Positions 1 through 8,295 of a stretch of 64,000 nt of DNA are shown one piece after another. Within the stretch, counting starts at the first letter, position 1; each line of letters opens with the position of its first letter. The stretch is from an uncultured euryarchaeote. GTDB taxonomy: Archaea; Thermoplasmatota; Poseidoniia; Poseidoniales; Poseidoniaceae. Made by a program: the position numbers and the translations under genes. The stretch spans positions 2,994 to 66,993 of the forward strand of contig CALDNA010000066.1 of NCBI GenBank assembly GCA_937915175.1. Direction: 5' to 3'. The notes below the pieces were generated by a model. It was given only the letters and a program-made list of their open reading frames with translations, did no database searches and was not told the DNA's origin.

Positions 1-818
1 AGCGTTGCTGCGTTGTGGCAGAGGGTTGGCATTCGAACATGGAGGGTGCGCATACCGCGTTCCAGAAGATAGCAATTGTGCGGGTCTGGGCTGCCACCGA
101 AGTGAACCTTGCGGGGAAATATTTGAGCAATAAGTTCCTTTGAACCAACGACCGCCCCGCCGATGATATCAGAATGCCCACCGAGGTATTTTGTTGTCGA
201 GTGAATGACCAGATCAACGCCCATGTCCAAAGGCTGACAAGCCCACGGAGAGGCGAAGGTGTTGTCAATGATGCACAGCAGATTGTGTCGCTTTGCAACC
301 TCGACCATTGCAGGGATGTCGCACACCTTGAGCACAGGGTTGGTCAGCGTCTCGATGTAGAGGATCTTGGTGTTGGGTTGGATGGCTGCCTCGTATGAAG
401 CAGGGTCTCGCATGTCGGCCATGGTGGTTTCAATGCCAAACCGTGGCAGTTCTTCGGTCAACAAACCGTAGGTCCCACCGTAGACATCTGTGGAAGCGAC
501 GACGTGGTCGCCGGTGTTCAACAACGCCATGAGGGTGGTGGAGATTGCAGCCATTCCTGAAGCAAATGTTTCAGCGTCTTCACCGTTTTCCATAGCGGTT
601 AATTTCTGAGCGACCGCATCGGAATTGACCGAAGAAAGGCGGGCGTAGAGCAAGGTGTGTTGTGCGCCAGCGGCCCAGCCTGCGTAGCGTTCATCGGTCA
701 ACTTGTAGGTTGAGGATTGGAAAATGGGGGTGTTGACTGCGTCCCCAACATGGTTGGTTCCACTGTGGACAGCTTTGCTTCCAAAGCCCTTGAAGTCGTT
801 TGATTTTTCGTCAGCCAT
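1..818 (-). CDS. Cys/Met-metabolism PLP-dependent enzyme (O-acetylhomoserine sulfhydrylase / cystathionine gamma-synthase family); C-terminus cut by window edge
   Basis: Not in the ORF track because there is no stop in the window. My reverse-strand translation from the ATG at 816-818 reads MADEKSNDFKGFGSKAVHSGTNHVGDAVNTPIFQSSTY...IDNTFASPWACQPLDMGVDLVIHSTTKYLGGHSDIIGG. This contains the S-T-T-K-Y-x-G-G-H-S-D PLP-lysine block typical of the family. Confidence 0.8.
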   Translation of the reverse strand, partial: MADEKSNDFKGFGSKAVHSGTNHVGDAVNTPIFQSSTYKLTDERYAGWAAGAQHTLLYARLSSVNSDAVAQKLTAMENGEDAETFASGMAAISTTLMALLNTGDHVVASTDVYGGTYGLLTEELPRFGIETTMADMRDPASYEAAIQPNTKILYIETLTNPVLKVCDIPAMVEVAKRHNLLCIIDNTFASPWACQPLDMGVDLVIHSTTKYLGGHSDIIGGAVVGSKELIAQIFPRKVHFGGSPDPHNCYLLERGMRTLHVRMPTLCHNAAT

Positions 819-855
819 CGAATCCCTCATTTGTCAACGAGCCGGCGCTCATCAT

Positions 856-1830
856 TTACTCTTCCGAATCCTCATGTGTGAAGACTTCGACCACAATGTT
901 GCCCAAAAACAACGCCCCGCCGCCAACAAGGATCCACGGGCTCCATTCGACCAGGTCAAGGCCCAAGCCGTACATTGTGGCCCAGACGGGTTCGAACGCG
1001 TAGATGATCGCTGCCTGAATTGGGTGAAGGTAGCGCTGAAACATGTTGAGCACAAGAAGGCAGAACAACGAGCCGCCGATGCCCAAACAAAGCACTGGAA
1101 TGAACACGCCGTCGTCGAAAATGAAACTCCATTCATCCATCGTGCGTCCGCCGCCCAAGAGAAACGTGAGTGCGATGGCTCCGATTGTCACAACAGCGAA
1201 TGAAGTCTGGGTCACACCGACTGGTTCCATGACCTGCGTGATTTTTTGCGTGTAGATGATGTGAAGCGCGAAGAACACAGCGCAGACAACAGTCAGTGCT
1301 TCGCCAAAGCCCCATGTCAAGTGGGGGGGGCCTTGGATGAATCCAGCGCCGAACGTCGCCAGCACGACGCCGAACATCAGCGCCCGGGTAGGCCTGGATT
1401 TGGTCATGATGATGGTAATGATGGCAGTGAATACAACATAAAGCGAGGTGAGGAAGGCGGACACTGCGGGGTTGATTTCATCGAGCCCGATCATTTGGGT
1501 GACGAAGCCAATCAGCATCAGCCCGCCAAGCACAGCGCCGCCTTTCCACTGTTCGGGCTCGCTAAGTGCGGCTCGCGCTTTTGGGAAGAACACGAGCATG
1601 ACAATGGCCGCAATGGCGAACCTCGCCGCGACGAGGACGGCCACGACCCGATTGCTTCCGTAAGTTTCAATTTCAGGTTGAAGTTCATTCAGGGCTTGTT
1701 TCATCCAAATGAACGTCGCCCCCCAAACAGAAGTGACGACGAGCAGGGCGGCGATGGCGACCTTGCGCTGGCCGGGTTCGAGTGCATCAGCAAGGAACGC
1801 GTCAGCAGCAACAGGTTGCGTTTCCCCCAT
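856..1830 (-). CDS. EamA/DMT-superfamily transporter (about 10 TM helices)
   Basis: ORF 856..1905 trimmed to internal Met (MGETQPVAAD...). Highly hydrophobic with two repeated five-helix halves. VTSVWGATFIWMKQAL resembles the start of an EamA domain. Confidence 0.6.
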   Translation of the reverse strand: MGETQPVAADAFLADALEPGQRKVAIAALLVVTSVWGATFIWMKQALNELQPEIETYGSNRVVAVLVAARFAIAAIVMLVFFPKARAALSEPEQWKGGAVLGGLMLIGFVTQMIGLDEINPAVSAFLTSLYVVFTAIITIIMTKSRPTRALMFGVVLATFGAGFIQGPPHLTWGFGEALTVVCAVFFALHIIYTQKITQVMEPVGVTQTSFAVVTIGAIALTFLLGGGRTMDEWSFIFDDGVFIPVLCLGIGGSLFCLLVLNMFQRYLHPIQAAIIYAFEPVWATMYGLGLDLVEWSPWILVGGGALFLGNIVVEVFTHEDSEE

Positions 1831-1934
1831 GGGCTGGCCTCGGCCATACGCCGCATGAGGCTGACGGTAAAGAACACATGATTTCAACCGCATCAACGCG
1901 AACACTCAAGGGGTGAATCGGTCGTGTCATATCC

Positions 1935-3314
1935 ATGACAGGTACCGATGGTTCTGCTGCTCGCCTCTGGGAACATCCCATCGAAACAGGAGAAGCCCCC
2001 GAAAATGGCGCTACCTTCGACGCCGTTGTCGTCGGTGGAGGCCCTGGTGGATCATCCGCAGCAGGCTATTTGGCCATGGCTGGAAAGAAGGTTTTGTTAA
2101 TCGAAAAAGACGTCTGGCCACGCGACAAAGTGTGCGGTGACGCGGTTGGCGGAAAGTCACTCGGCCATGTTGCTGCGTTGGGCGTCAAGGCCGACCTTGA
2201 AGCGAGCCCGCACTTCCGTGTAACGGGCATTGTGTTCTCTTCCCCCAAGGGCAACAGGGTTCGCGTGCCGCTTCCTGAAGAAGCGGTCGAGCGCCTTGAA
2301 GCAGGTTATGCGCTCCCGCGCGCTCAATTCGACGCCTTGCTGTTTGATCGTTGCCAAGGCATGGTGCGTGAAGCTGGCGGCTCCATTCTACAGGGCGGCG
2401 ATGTTCGCTCCATCCTGTTCGATGACGGAAACGGCGGCGAAGATCCGGGCGAAGGCAGCGGTGATGCTCGCCACGCATCCGGCGTTGTCGTTCGAGTTGG
2501 CGGCCGAAAAGGCGAGGAATTCACCTTCTACACCAAGGAACTCGTTGGCGCTGCTGGCTACCGATGCCCTGTGGCAAAATCGGTGGTCGAATCCAGTTAC
2601 AATGAGCCAATGGTTGACCGAGACCACTACTGTGGCGGTTACCGAGAATACTGGCGCAATGTGAAAGATTGTGGCACCAACACCGGCGATATTGAAATTC
2701 ACTTTGTTGATTCTGTAATTCCTGGTTACTTCTGGCTGTTCCCCGTTTCTGAAGATGTGGTCAACGTTGGCATTGGCATGGTGATGAGCCTGATGGATAA
2801 GCAAAAGAAGAAACTCAAGGCGCTCCAAGCCGATGTAATCGCTAATCATCCTAAGTTCAAAGATCGATTTGTTGACGCAGAAATGATCCCTGGTTCGGCG
2901 AAAGGCTGGCAACTGCCCTTCGGTTCCCCGCGCAAGAAATCTTCCAAGCAGCCTCGTCGCTCAAGCATGAACGGTGTGCGCCTCGTCGGCGATGCGGCGT
3001 CGCTCGTTGATCCGTTCTCAGGCGAGGGCGTCGGAAACGCTCTTGTCACCGGTGAAATTGCAGCACGGCACATTGTGGAGCAGAAGACACCGCTCGACTA
3101 CCAAGATGAGGTGTGGTCGGTGCTCGGCCCAGAATTGATCAATTCCTACAGAATGCAAAAGCTCAGTCGCCGCTCATGGTTGCTGAACTGGTTCATGGGC
3201 AAGGCAGAGCGAAAGCCGGCGTTGCAGGAAATAATGACAGAAATGATCGCCAGCAAGGAAGCACAAGAGGACCTCCACTCCCCTTGGTTCATGATGAAAA
3301 CATTGTTCTTCTGA
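1935..3314 (+). CDS. Geranylgeranyl reductase family FAD-dependent oxidoreductase (archaeal lipid saturation type)
   Basis: FDAVVVGGGPGGSSAAGYLAMAGKKVLLIEK dinucleotide-binding motif followed by RDKVCGDAV. VRLVGDAASLVDPFSGEGVGNAL matches the GDAAG-x-P-x-x-GEG block. Contains an acidic Gly-rich insert (DDGNGGEDPGEGSGD). Confidence 0.8.
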   Translation: MTGTDGSAARLWEHPIETGEAPENGATFDAVVVGGGPGGSSAAGYLAMAGKKVLLIEKDVWPRDKVCGDAVGGKSLGHVAALGVKADLEASPHFRVTGIVFSSPKGNRVRVPLPEEAVERLEAGYALPRAQFDALLFDRCQGMVREAGGSILQGGDVRSILFDDGNGGEDPGEGSGDARHASGVVVRVGGRKGEEFTFYTKELVGAAGYRCPVAKSVVESSYNEPMVDRDHYCGGYREYWRNVKDCGTNTGDIEIHFVDSVIPGYFWLFPVSEDVVNVGIGMVMSLMDKQKKKLKALQADVIANHPKFKDRFVDAEMIPGSAKGWQLPFGSPRKKSSKQPRRSSMNGVRLVGDAASLVDPFSGEGVGNALVTGEIAARHIVEQKTPLDYQDEVWSVLGPELINSYRMQKLSRRSWLLNWFMGKAERKPALQEIMTEMIASKEAQEDLHSPWFMMKTLFF

Positions 3315-3323
3315 GGTGATTCA

Positions 3324-4112
3324 ATGGATGCAGGCCTCGAAGGAATCGAAGCAGTGTTCCTTGATTTGGACGGCACAATTTACCTCGGTGGAGCGTTGAT
3401 TCCTGGCGCTTTGGAGTTTCTCGACCGATGCGAAGAACAGGGTGTTGCTCGATACTTTTTATCCAACAATTCAAGCCGATCCGTCACACAATACTTGAAA
3501 AAATTGCAAGCGTTTGGCATTCCAGCAGCCGCAGAAGACGTGTTGCTTTCAACGCATGATTTGCTTTCATGGCTCGCCCAAGAAGGCATCACTGAAACAT
3601 GGACGATCGGTACGACTGGCATGAGGGATATGATGGAAGGGGCAGGGATTTCGACGCGTTCGAACACGCCCCAATACGTCGTTCTTGGCTATGATACCGA
3701 AATCGATTATGAAAAAATAGCGACAGGGAGCATACACTTGCATGCAGGCGTTCCGCTTGTCGCAAGCCACCCCGATATGGTCTGCCCGTCGCCTGACGGT
3801 GGCTTGCCTGATGTCGGCGCGTACCTGGCCATGCTGAAAGCCACAACAGGCGTCGACCCAGTTCACATCACGGGCAAGCCAAACGCAGGCATGATTCTGC
3901 ATAAGATCGAAGCGTTGGGGCTTGACCCCGCCAAATGCGCCATGGTTGGCGACCGACTTTACACCGACATCGCCATGGCCACAAGGGCTGGGTGCGTCGG
4001 CGTGCTGGTGCTCTCTGGTGAAGCGACGCGCCAAGATGTGGCGGCGCTTCGTGAAGGGGCTGAACAGCAACCAACGTTGATTGTTGAGAGCGTAGACGAA
4101 TTATTGCGGTGA
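3324..4112 (+). CDS. HAD-superfamily subfamily IIA phosphatase (NagD-like sugar phosphatase)
   Basis: HAD motif I FLDLDGTIYLGG, motif III GKPN, motif IV MVGDRLYTDI. Starts 10 nt after the upstream gene. Confidence 0.8.
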   Translation: MDAGLEGIEAVFLDLDGTIYLGGALIPGALEFLDRCEEQGVARYFLSNNSSRSVTQYLKKLQAFGIPAAAEDVLLSTHDLLSWLAQEGITETWTIGTTGMRDMMEGAGISTRSNTPQYVVLGYDTEIDYEKIATGSIHLHAGVPLVASHPDMVCPSPDGGLPDVGAYLAMLKATTGVDPVHITGKPNAGMILHKIEALGLDPAKCAMVGDRLYTDIAMATRAGCVGVLVLSGEATRQDVAALREGAEQQPTLIVESVDELLR

Positions 4113-5047
4113 TGTGGAACATGGCGTTGGGCATCCGATGGAAATGGTGGCGAGCGCGACGTTGTTCGTTCCCCCATGATGAAATTCATCGCGCTGGCGA
4201 TTTGGCGGAAACGCGCCTTGCCAAACTTTCCAGGGCTGCAGGCAAGGCTAACGGTTGGCGCATCTATGAATCGGTGCGCATTCCCGACCCCGAAGGGGGA
4301 CGAAGGGAAATCGACATGGTTCTCATCGCTGGCAATACAATGCTTGTTGTTGAACAGAAGCACTGGGCCGGATCGTTTGAAATCACAAAAGAACACCATT
4401 TTGTCCAAAACAGAAACAATGGCTCACAGCACAACCACGATGGAGTCGCCGACCGAATCGCGCGAAAAGCAGACCTCTTGTCCGCGCTGCACAACAAACG
4501 CCTTGGCCTCGAAGGCAAAGACAAACTGTCCTATCGCGTCATCGTGGCGATGACCCACCAGCGGTTGGAATGGCCTAAGATCCCTGATGATTTAAAGGCC
4601 GAAATGGTCAATGAAGCAGGATTCATCAAGCTGCTTGAAACAACCAAACCAGGAACGGTCAACCCTGAGTTGATTGAAACTCTTGAGGGTTTCAACACCT
4701 GGGATGAAGTTCATCTCAACGGGGGATTGTTGCTCAAAGGTGATGTTCATCGGCTCGGACTCGGCAAGGAGATGGATGACTGGTTCGCGGCGCGAGATGA
4801 AGATGTTACTGCGAGACTCACTCAGCAACGGTCAATCCTCTCCTTGTTTTCCAACAACCCAACCCGTGTTCACTTGAGCCGGGGGTCGAAGCACGTTGAA
4901 GCAAATATTCCGTTTGGTCTGTCGTTGAACATGCATGTGGTCGGTGAAAAACGCGGTCGAAGCGTCGACTGGGCGAACGTTGACCGCATTTTTGTTTCAA
5001 AACCACCAGCGAAATGGGCCAATCACAGAATCGCCGAAGAAGAATAA
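4109..5047 (+). CDS. NERD-domain protein (PD-(D/E)xK nuclease-related) with uncharacterised C-terminal half
   Basis: GDLAETRLAKLS...GWRIYESVRIP....EIDMVLIAGNTMLVVEQKHWAGSF matches the NERD pattern (E-x-D ... E-x-K). The GTG/ATG start overlaps the HAD gene stop (GTGATG at 4109-4114). Confidence 0.55.
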   Translation: MMWNMALGIRWKWWRARRCSFPHDEIHRAGDLAETRLAKLSRAAGKANGWRIYESVRIPDPEGGRREIDMVLIAGNTMLVVEQKHWAGSFEITKEHHFVQNRNNGSQHNHDGVADRIARKADLLSALHNKRLGLEGKDKLSYRVIVAMTHQRLEWPKIPDDLKAEMVNEAGFIKLLETTKPGTVNPELIETLEGFNTWDEVHLNGGLLLKGDVHRLGLGKEMDDWFAARDEDVTARLTQQRSILSLFSNNPTRVHLSRGSKHVEANIPFGLSLNMHVVGEKRGRSVDWANVDRIFVSKPPAKWANHRIAEEE

Positions 5048-5052
5048 CCCTC

Positions 5053-5358
5053 ATGAGGGTGCAGCATTCGCTTCGTGTTATGGCAAGCATGTGGATTGAG
5101 GCAATTGGTTTGCTCGCAGGCGTCATTGGCATCTTCGCATGGATTCCGCAGATCATCGAAGTCTGGATCCATAAGCGCCACGAGGGGTTGTCAATCACCT
5201 CTTTTTCTGTCGTTTCCGTTGCCTTGCTTCTGTGGCTTGTCTACGGAGTTTTGGTAGACTCGATTGCCATGATCGTGGCCAACATCATGACGCTCAGCGT
5301 GATCGGCGCCATCATCTTGGGGGCTTGGCGCGCTCGCCGAAGTGAAAGTATTGCTTGA
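5053..5358 (+). CDS. SemiSWEET / PQ-loop family small transporter (3 TM)
   Basis: GLLAGVIGIFAWIPQIIEVWIHKRHEGLSITSFSVVSVALLLWLVYGVL carries the PQ-loop signature, has three predicted helices and is about 100 aa. ORF 5014..5358 trimmed to the first ATG after the upstream stop. Confidence 0.6.
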   Translation: MRVQHSLRVMASMWIEAIGLLAGVIGIFAWIPQIIEVWIHKRHEGLSITSFSVVSVALLLWLVYGVLVDSIAMIVANIMTLSVIGAIILGAWRARRSESIA

Positions 5359-5402
5359 TGCATCGGGTAAAGGGTCAAGAATGAGCGTTACAAAACAGGG
5401 CC

Positions 5403-6428
5403 ATGAAGGATAACTTTTGGGACACCGTCGCAGATGCGCCGGAAAAGGAGCCATCTGCGCCAGCCATCGTGCCAACCGATTCAGCTGAGGTTTTCGCTCC
5501 CTCGACGCCGGCGTTTGAGCGCGCACGTTCGTCGGTCGAAACCGTGGACACGGGTCGAGTGTATACCGCCAGACTTTCTGATTTTGACGTGTCTGTTTGG
5601 GACAGTGAAAATGATGCCCAGGATATTGTCGACTGGTTCAATAAAGAATACGTGAAGCAAGGGGGCTCAGAAAAGAGCGTCGATTTCTTCAAAGATGCCA
5701 CGGACATTTACGATTTCAATTCAATGGCTGATGCTAAAACATTCCTTGCACTCGCATTGGGCATTCTCAACGGCAAGGTCGAGATTGATGAAAACGATAG
5801 GTTACAAGATTGGAACTCCGGCGAACACCCTCAATGGATGAAGCAGTATGAAGCGAAGGCAACGATGTGGGCCGGTATTGCTGCTGCGTTTGCATTTACC
5901 TTCATATTGGCCTTCGTTCTCATCACGGGGAGCATCCTCGCAATGAGTTTACTTGATGAAAAGGATGGAGAGGCTTGGCCGACGGGTGAAGCACAGATTG
6001 TCTATTTTGAGGAATGGGTTGAGACTTCATGTGGGGACGACGGGTGCAGCGATACTCAATACGCTGAAGCGAAATTTGAGTTGCATTGTATTGAAGACAG
6101 AATGGTCGACTCGTGGGTGTGCGGTGGCAACGCAACAGCAAACACAACAATGTTCGAACACGACTACCACTCTGGGTTTTTTGAACACGCGCCCGTGTGG
6201 TACATGATTGATCAATTGGATGGCGAAGAGACACACGCTATTTCTTACAATCCAATCGATCCAACTAAAGTCGATTTACGCCCAGGGTTTCAGATGAATT
6301 GGGAATGGCTGCTGCCAGTTATTATCCCGTTTGGAGCTCTTTTGGTGCTCGCTCGAAATCGACATTTCAACGTCAAAGAAGGATATGTAAGCTTCTGGGG
6401 CCTTCTGAAAGGCGACCTCGAAGTTTGA
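5403..6428 (+). CDS. Hypothetical membrane protein: acidic N-terminal region, TM, Cys-rich DUF3592-like domain, C-terminal TM
   Basis: 341-aa ORF with two hydrophobic helices (AGIAAAFAFTFILAFVLITGSILAM and WLLPVIIPFGALLVLA). They flank WPTGEAQIVYFEE...ISYNPIDPTKVDL, which resembles the DUF3592 pattern. Confidence 0.45.
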   Translation: MKDNFWDTVADAPEKEPSAPAIVPTDSAEVFAPSTPAFERARSSVETVDTGRVYTARLSDFDVSVWDSENDAQDIVDWFNKEYVKQGGSEKSVDFFKDATDIYDFNSMADAKTFLALALGILNGKVEIDENDRLQDWNSGEHPQWMKQYEAKATMWAGIAAAFAFTFILAFVLITGSILAMSLLDEKDGEAWPTGEAQIVYFEEWVETSCGDDGCSDTQYAEAKFELHCIEDRMVDSWVCGGNATANTTMFEHDYHSGFFEHAPVWYMIDQLDGEETHAISYNPIDPTKVDLRPGFQMNWEWLLPVIIPFGALLVLARNRHFNVKEGYVSFWGLLKGDLEV

Positions 6429-6451
6429 ACTTACTTTCCAATCAAGGTTCT

Positions 6452-7462
6452 TCAATACGCCGACTTTGTCGTTTCAATAATCACAGCACCGATTTTGTAC
6501 GGGTCGCCGTTTGAGGCTGGGCGGCGATCTTCGAGCCGCCCAATCCAGCCGTCTTCCCGAACCGTACTTGGGATTCGAATTGATGCGCCTCGGTCTGAAA
6601 CGCCGTAGGAGAATTGGTCGATGGATTGAGTTTCGTGCAGCCCTGTCAGTCGAAGTTCGTTGTGGGCACCGTAAACCGCCATATGCTTCTCGATGTTGCG
6701 TCCAAAGGCTTCGCAAATCTTAGTGAAGGTTTCTTCCATTCCGCTTTCCCTCATGGCTGTGTCTGAGAAGTTGGCGTGCATGCCTGAGCCGTTCCAATCG
6801 CCCTGAACCGGTTTTGGATGGTAGTCAATGTAGTAGCCGTAGTTCTCGGTCAATCGGTCGAGGAGGTAGCGGGCAACCCACAGTTCGTCGCCGGCGCGCT
6901 TTGCACCTTTGGCAAAGACTTGGAATTCCCACTGGCCGCAAGCGACTTCTTGGTTGATGCCTTCGAAATTGATGCCTGCTTCAAGGCAAAGATCTGCGTG
7001 CTCTTCGACAAATGCGCGCCCGTGGGTGTTCTTTCCACCAACCGAGCAGTAGTAGAGGCCTTGCGGGCCCGGGTAGCCGCCGACGGGGAAACCGACCGGC
7101 AATTGCGTGTCTGCATCCATGATGAAGTATTCTTGCTCGTATCCAAACCAGAAATCATCGTCGTCGTCGTCAATGGTAGAACGGGCATTGCTCGAATGGG
7201 GCGTGCCGTCTGCATTGAGCACTTCACACATCACGAGGTAGCCGTTGATTCGCTGTGGGTCTGGGAAAATAGCAACTGGTTCGAGCAGGCAGTCAGAGGC
7301 GCCGCCTTCGGCTTGGCGAGTCGAGGACCCATCAAACATCCATTGGGGGCAGTCTTCAAGCTCGCCTGAAAAATTGTTTCGGACCATGGTCTTGCTTCGC
7401 ATGTTTTGAGTTGGTTCATAGCCGTCAAGCCAGATGTATTCCAGTTTCGCTTTATCGATCAT
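6452..7462 (-). CDS. glnII: Glutamine synthetase, type II (eukaryote/GlnII-like, 336 aa)
   Basis: KLEYIWLDGYEPTQNMRSKT, FDGSSTRQAEG, FGYEQEYF, GQWEFQ, WNGSGMHANFS, DRGASIRIP and LEDRRPASNGDPY are colinear with the GSII architecture. The length matches GlnII (about 330-370 aa) rather than the roughly 450-aa GSI. Confidence 0.9.
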   Translation of the reverse strand: MIDKAKLEYIWLDGYEPTQNMRSKTMVRNNFSGELEDCPQWMFDGSSTRQAEGGASDCLLEPVAIFPDPQRINGYLVMCEVLNADGTPHSSNARSTIDDDDDDFWFGYEQEYFIMDADTQLPVGFPVGGYPGPQGLYYCSVGGKNTHGRAFVEEHADLCLEAGINFEGINQEVACGQWEFQVFAKGAKRAGDELWVARYLLDRLTENYGYYIDYHPKPVQGDWNGSGMHANFSDTAMRESGMEETFTKICEAFGRNIEKHMAVYGAHNELRLTGLHETQSIDQFSYGVSDRGASIRIPSTVREDGWIGRLEDRRPASNGDPYKIGAVIIETTKSAY

Positions 7463-7490
7463 AGGTAACAGTGGCTTCCTTGGCGAGACG

Positions 7491-7499
7491 GTATATCAA
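7491..7499 (-). promoter_or_regulatory. Candidate TATA box for glnII (TTGATATAC on the minus strand)
   Basis: A/T-rich element 29 nt upstream of the glnII ATG. The same 9-mer sits 24 nt upstream of tRNA-Leu at 54326-54334. Confidence 0.4.
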
Positions 7500-7728
7500 A
7501 CATACGCTCAGTAAAAAGGTATTTTATAGCCACTAATGATTAGTTATATCGTTTAATCATGCTCATTTGAACTCCTTAAGGGCGGCATGGTGCGTCAGAG
7601 ATTGCTCAAATGGTTCATGGATTGTCGCGGTTTTGTTCATTTGACCAACTTCTAAATTGATTGCTGATTCGGTGGGAAAAACCATCGCCGACCGGTGGAA
7701 TCATGGCTTCGTGCGGGTTGGACGAAGC

Positions 7729-8295
7729 ATGGAGATACCAAGCGGGGGCTTTCTGCGCCAGTGGCGTAAAACGCTTGGTTTGACGCAATCTCAACTCGCG
7801 GAAGAAAGCGGTTTGACGCAATCCGTGATTGCGAAAGTGGAGCGCGAAAGCGTCGATCCGCGCGCCTCGACCCTGCGCAAGATGGTCGCGGCGTTGTTGC
7901 GCTGCGAATCGCCGGACCAGGCGCATACGGTTGGCGACATCATGGTCGAGGAAGTCGCTGTTTTAGCACCCGAAGACACCGTTCAGTCTGCGATTGAGCG
8001 GATGGTTCGGGAAGGCATCAGTCAACTGCCTGTAATCTCGGCAAGCGGCGCCATCATTGGCTTGGTATCGGAGTCGAGTTTGCTCGGCGTGAATGTGATG
8101 CGGGAAGCGCCTGTTCAATCCGTGATGCAAATGAATTTCGAAGTTGTCAACGTGGGCGTCTCAATCGCAGAAGGCCGCCGCCTTCTTGTTGAGCGGGAAG
8201 TGCTGTTGATCACGGACGCAGGGGCATTGTGTGGACTGGTGAGCCGCATTGACATGGTCAGGGCGTTGAGCAAATCAGAAGGCGAACTTCACTGA
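7729..8295 (+). CDS. Transcriptional regulator: XRE-type HTH domain fused to a CBS pair
   Basis: LRQWRKTLGLTQSQLAEESGLTQSVIAKVERE is a Cro/C1 HTH. It is followed by two CBS-like repeats (VGDIMVEEVAVLAPEDTVQSAIERMVREGISQLPV and VQSVMQMNFEVVNVGVSIAEGRRLLVEREVLLITD). ORF 7657..8295 trimmed to the ATG at 7729; a TTG at 7657 is also possible. Confidence 0.7.
   Translation: MEIPSGGFLRQWRKTLGLTQSQLAEESGLTQSVIAKVERESVDPRASTLRKMVAALLRCESPDQAHTVGDIMVEEVAVLAPEDTVQSAIERMVREGISQLPVISASGAIIGLVSESSLLGVNVMREAPVQSVMQMNFEVVNVGVSIAEGRRLLVEREVLLITDAGALCGLVSRIDMVRALSKSEGELH

Noticed and set aside
4109-5047. Calling the NERD protein a stand-alone anti-phage defence gene.
   Set aside because: There are no partner defence genes (helicase, methylase, ATPase, TIR, Sir2 or similar) and no island context. 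It is embedded in a tightly coupled metabolic-looking operon. It is kept as a curiosity rather than a defence call.
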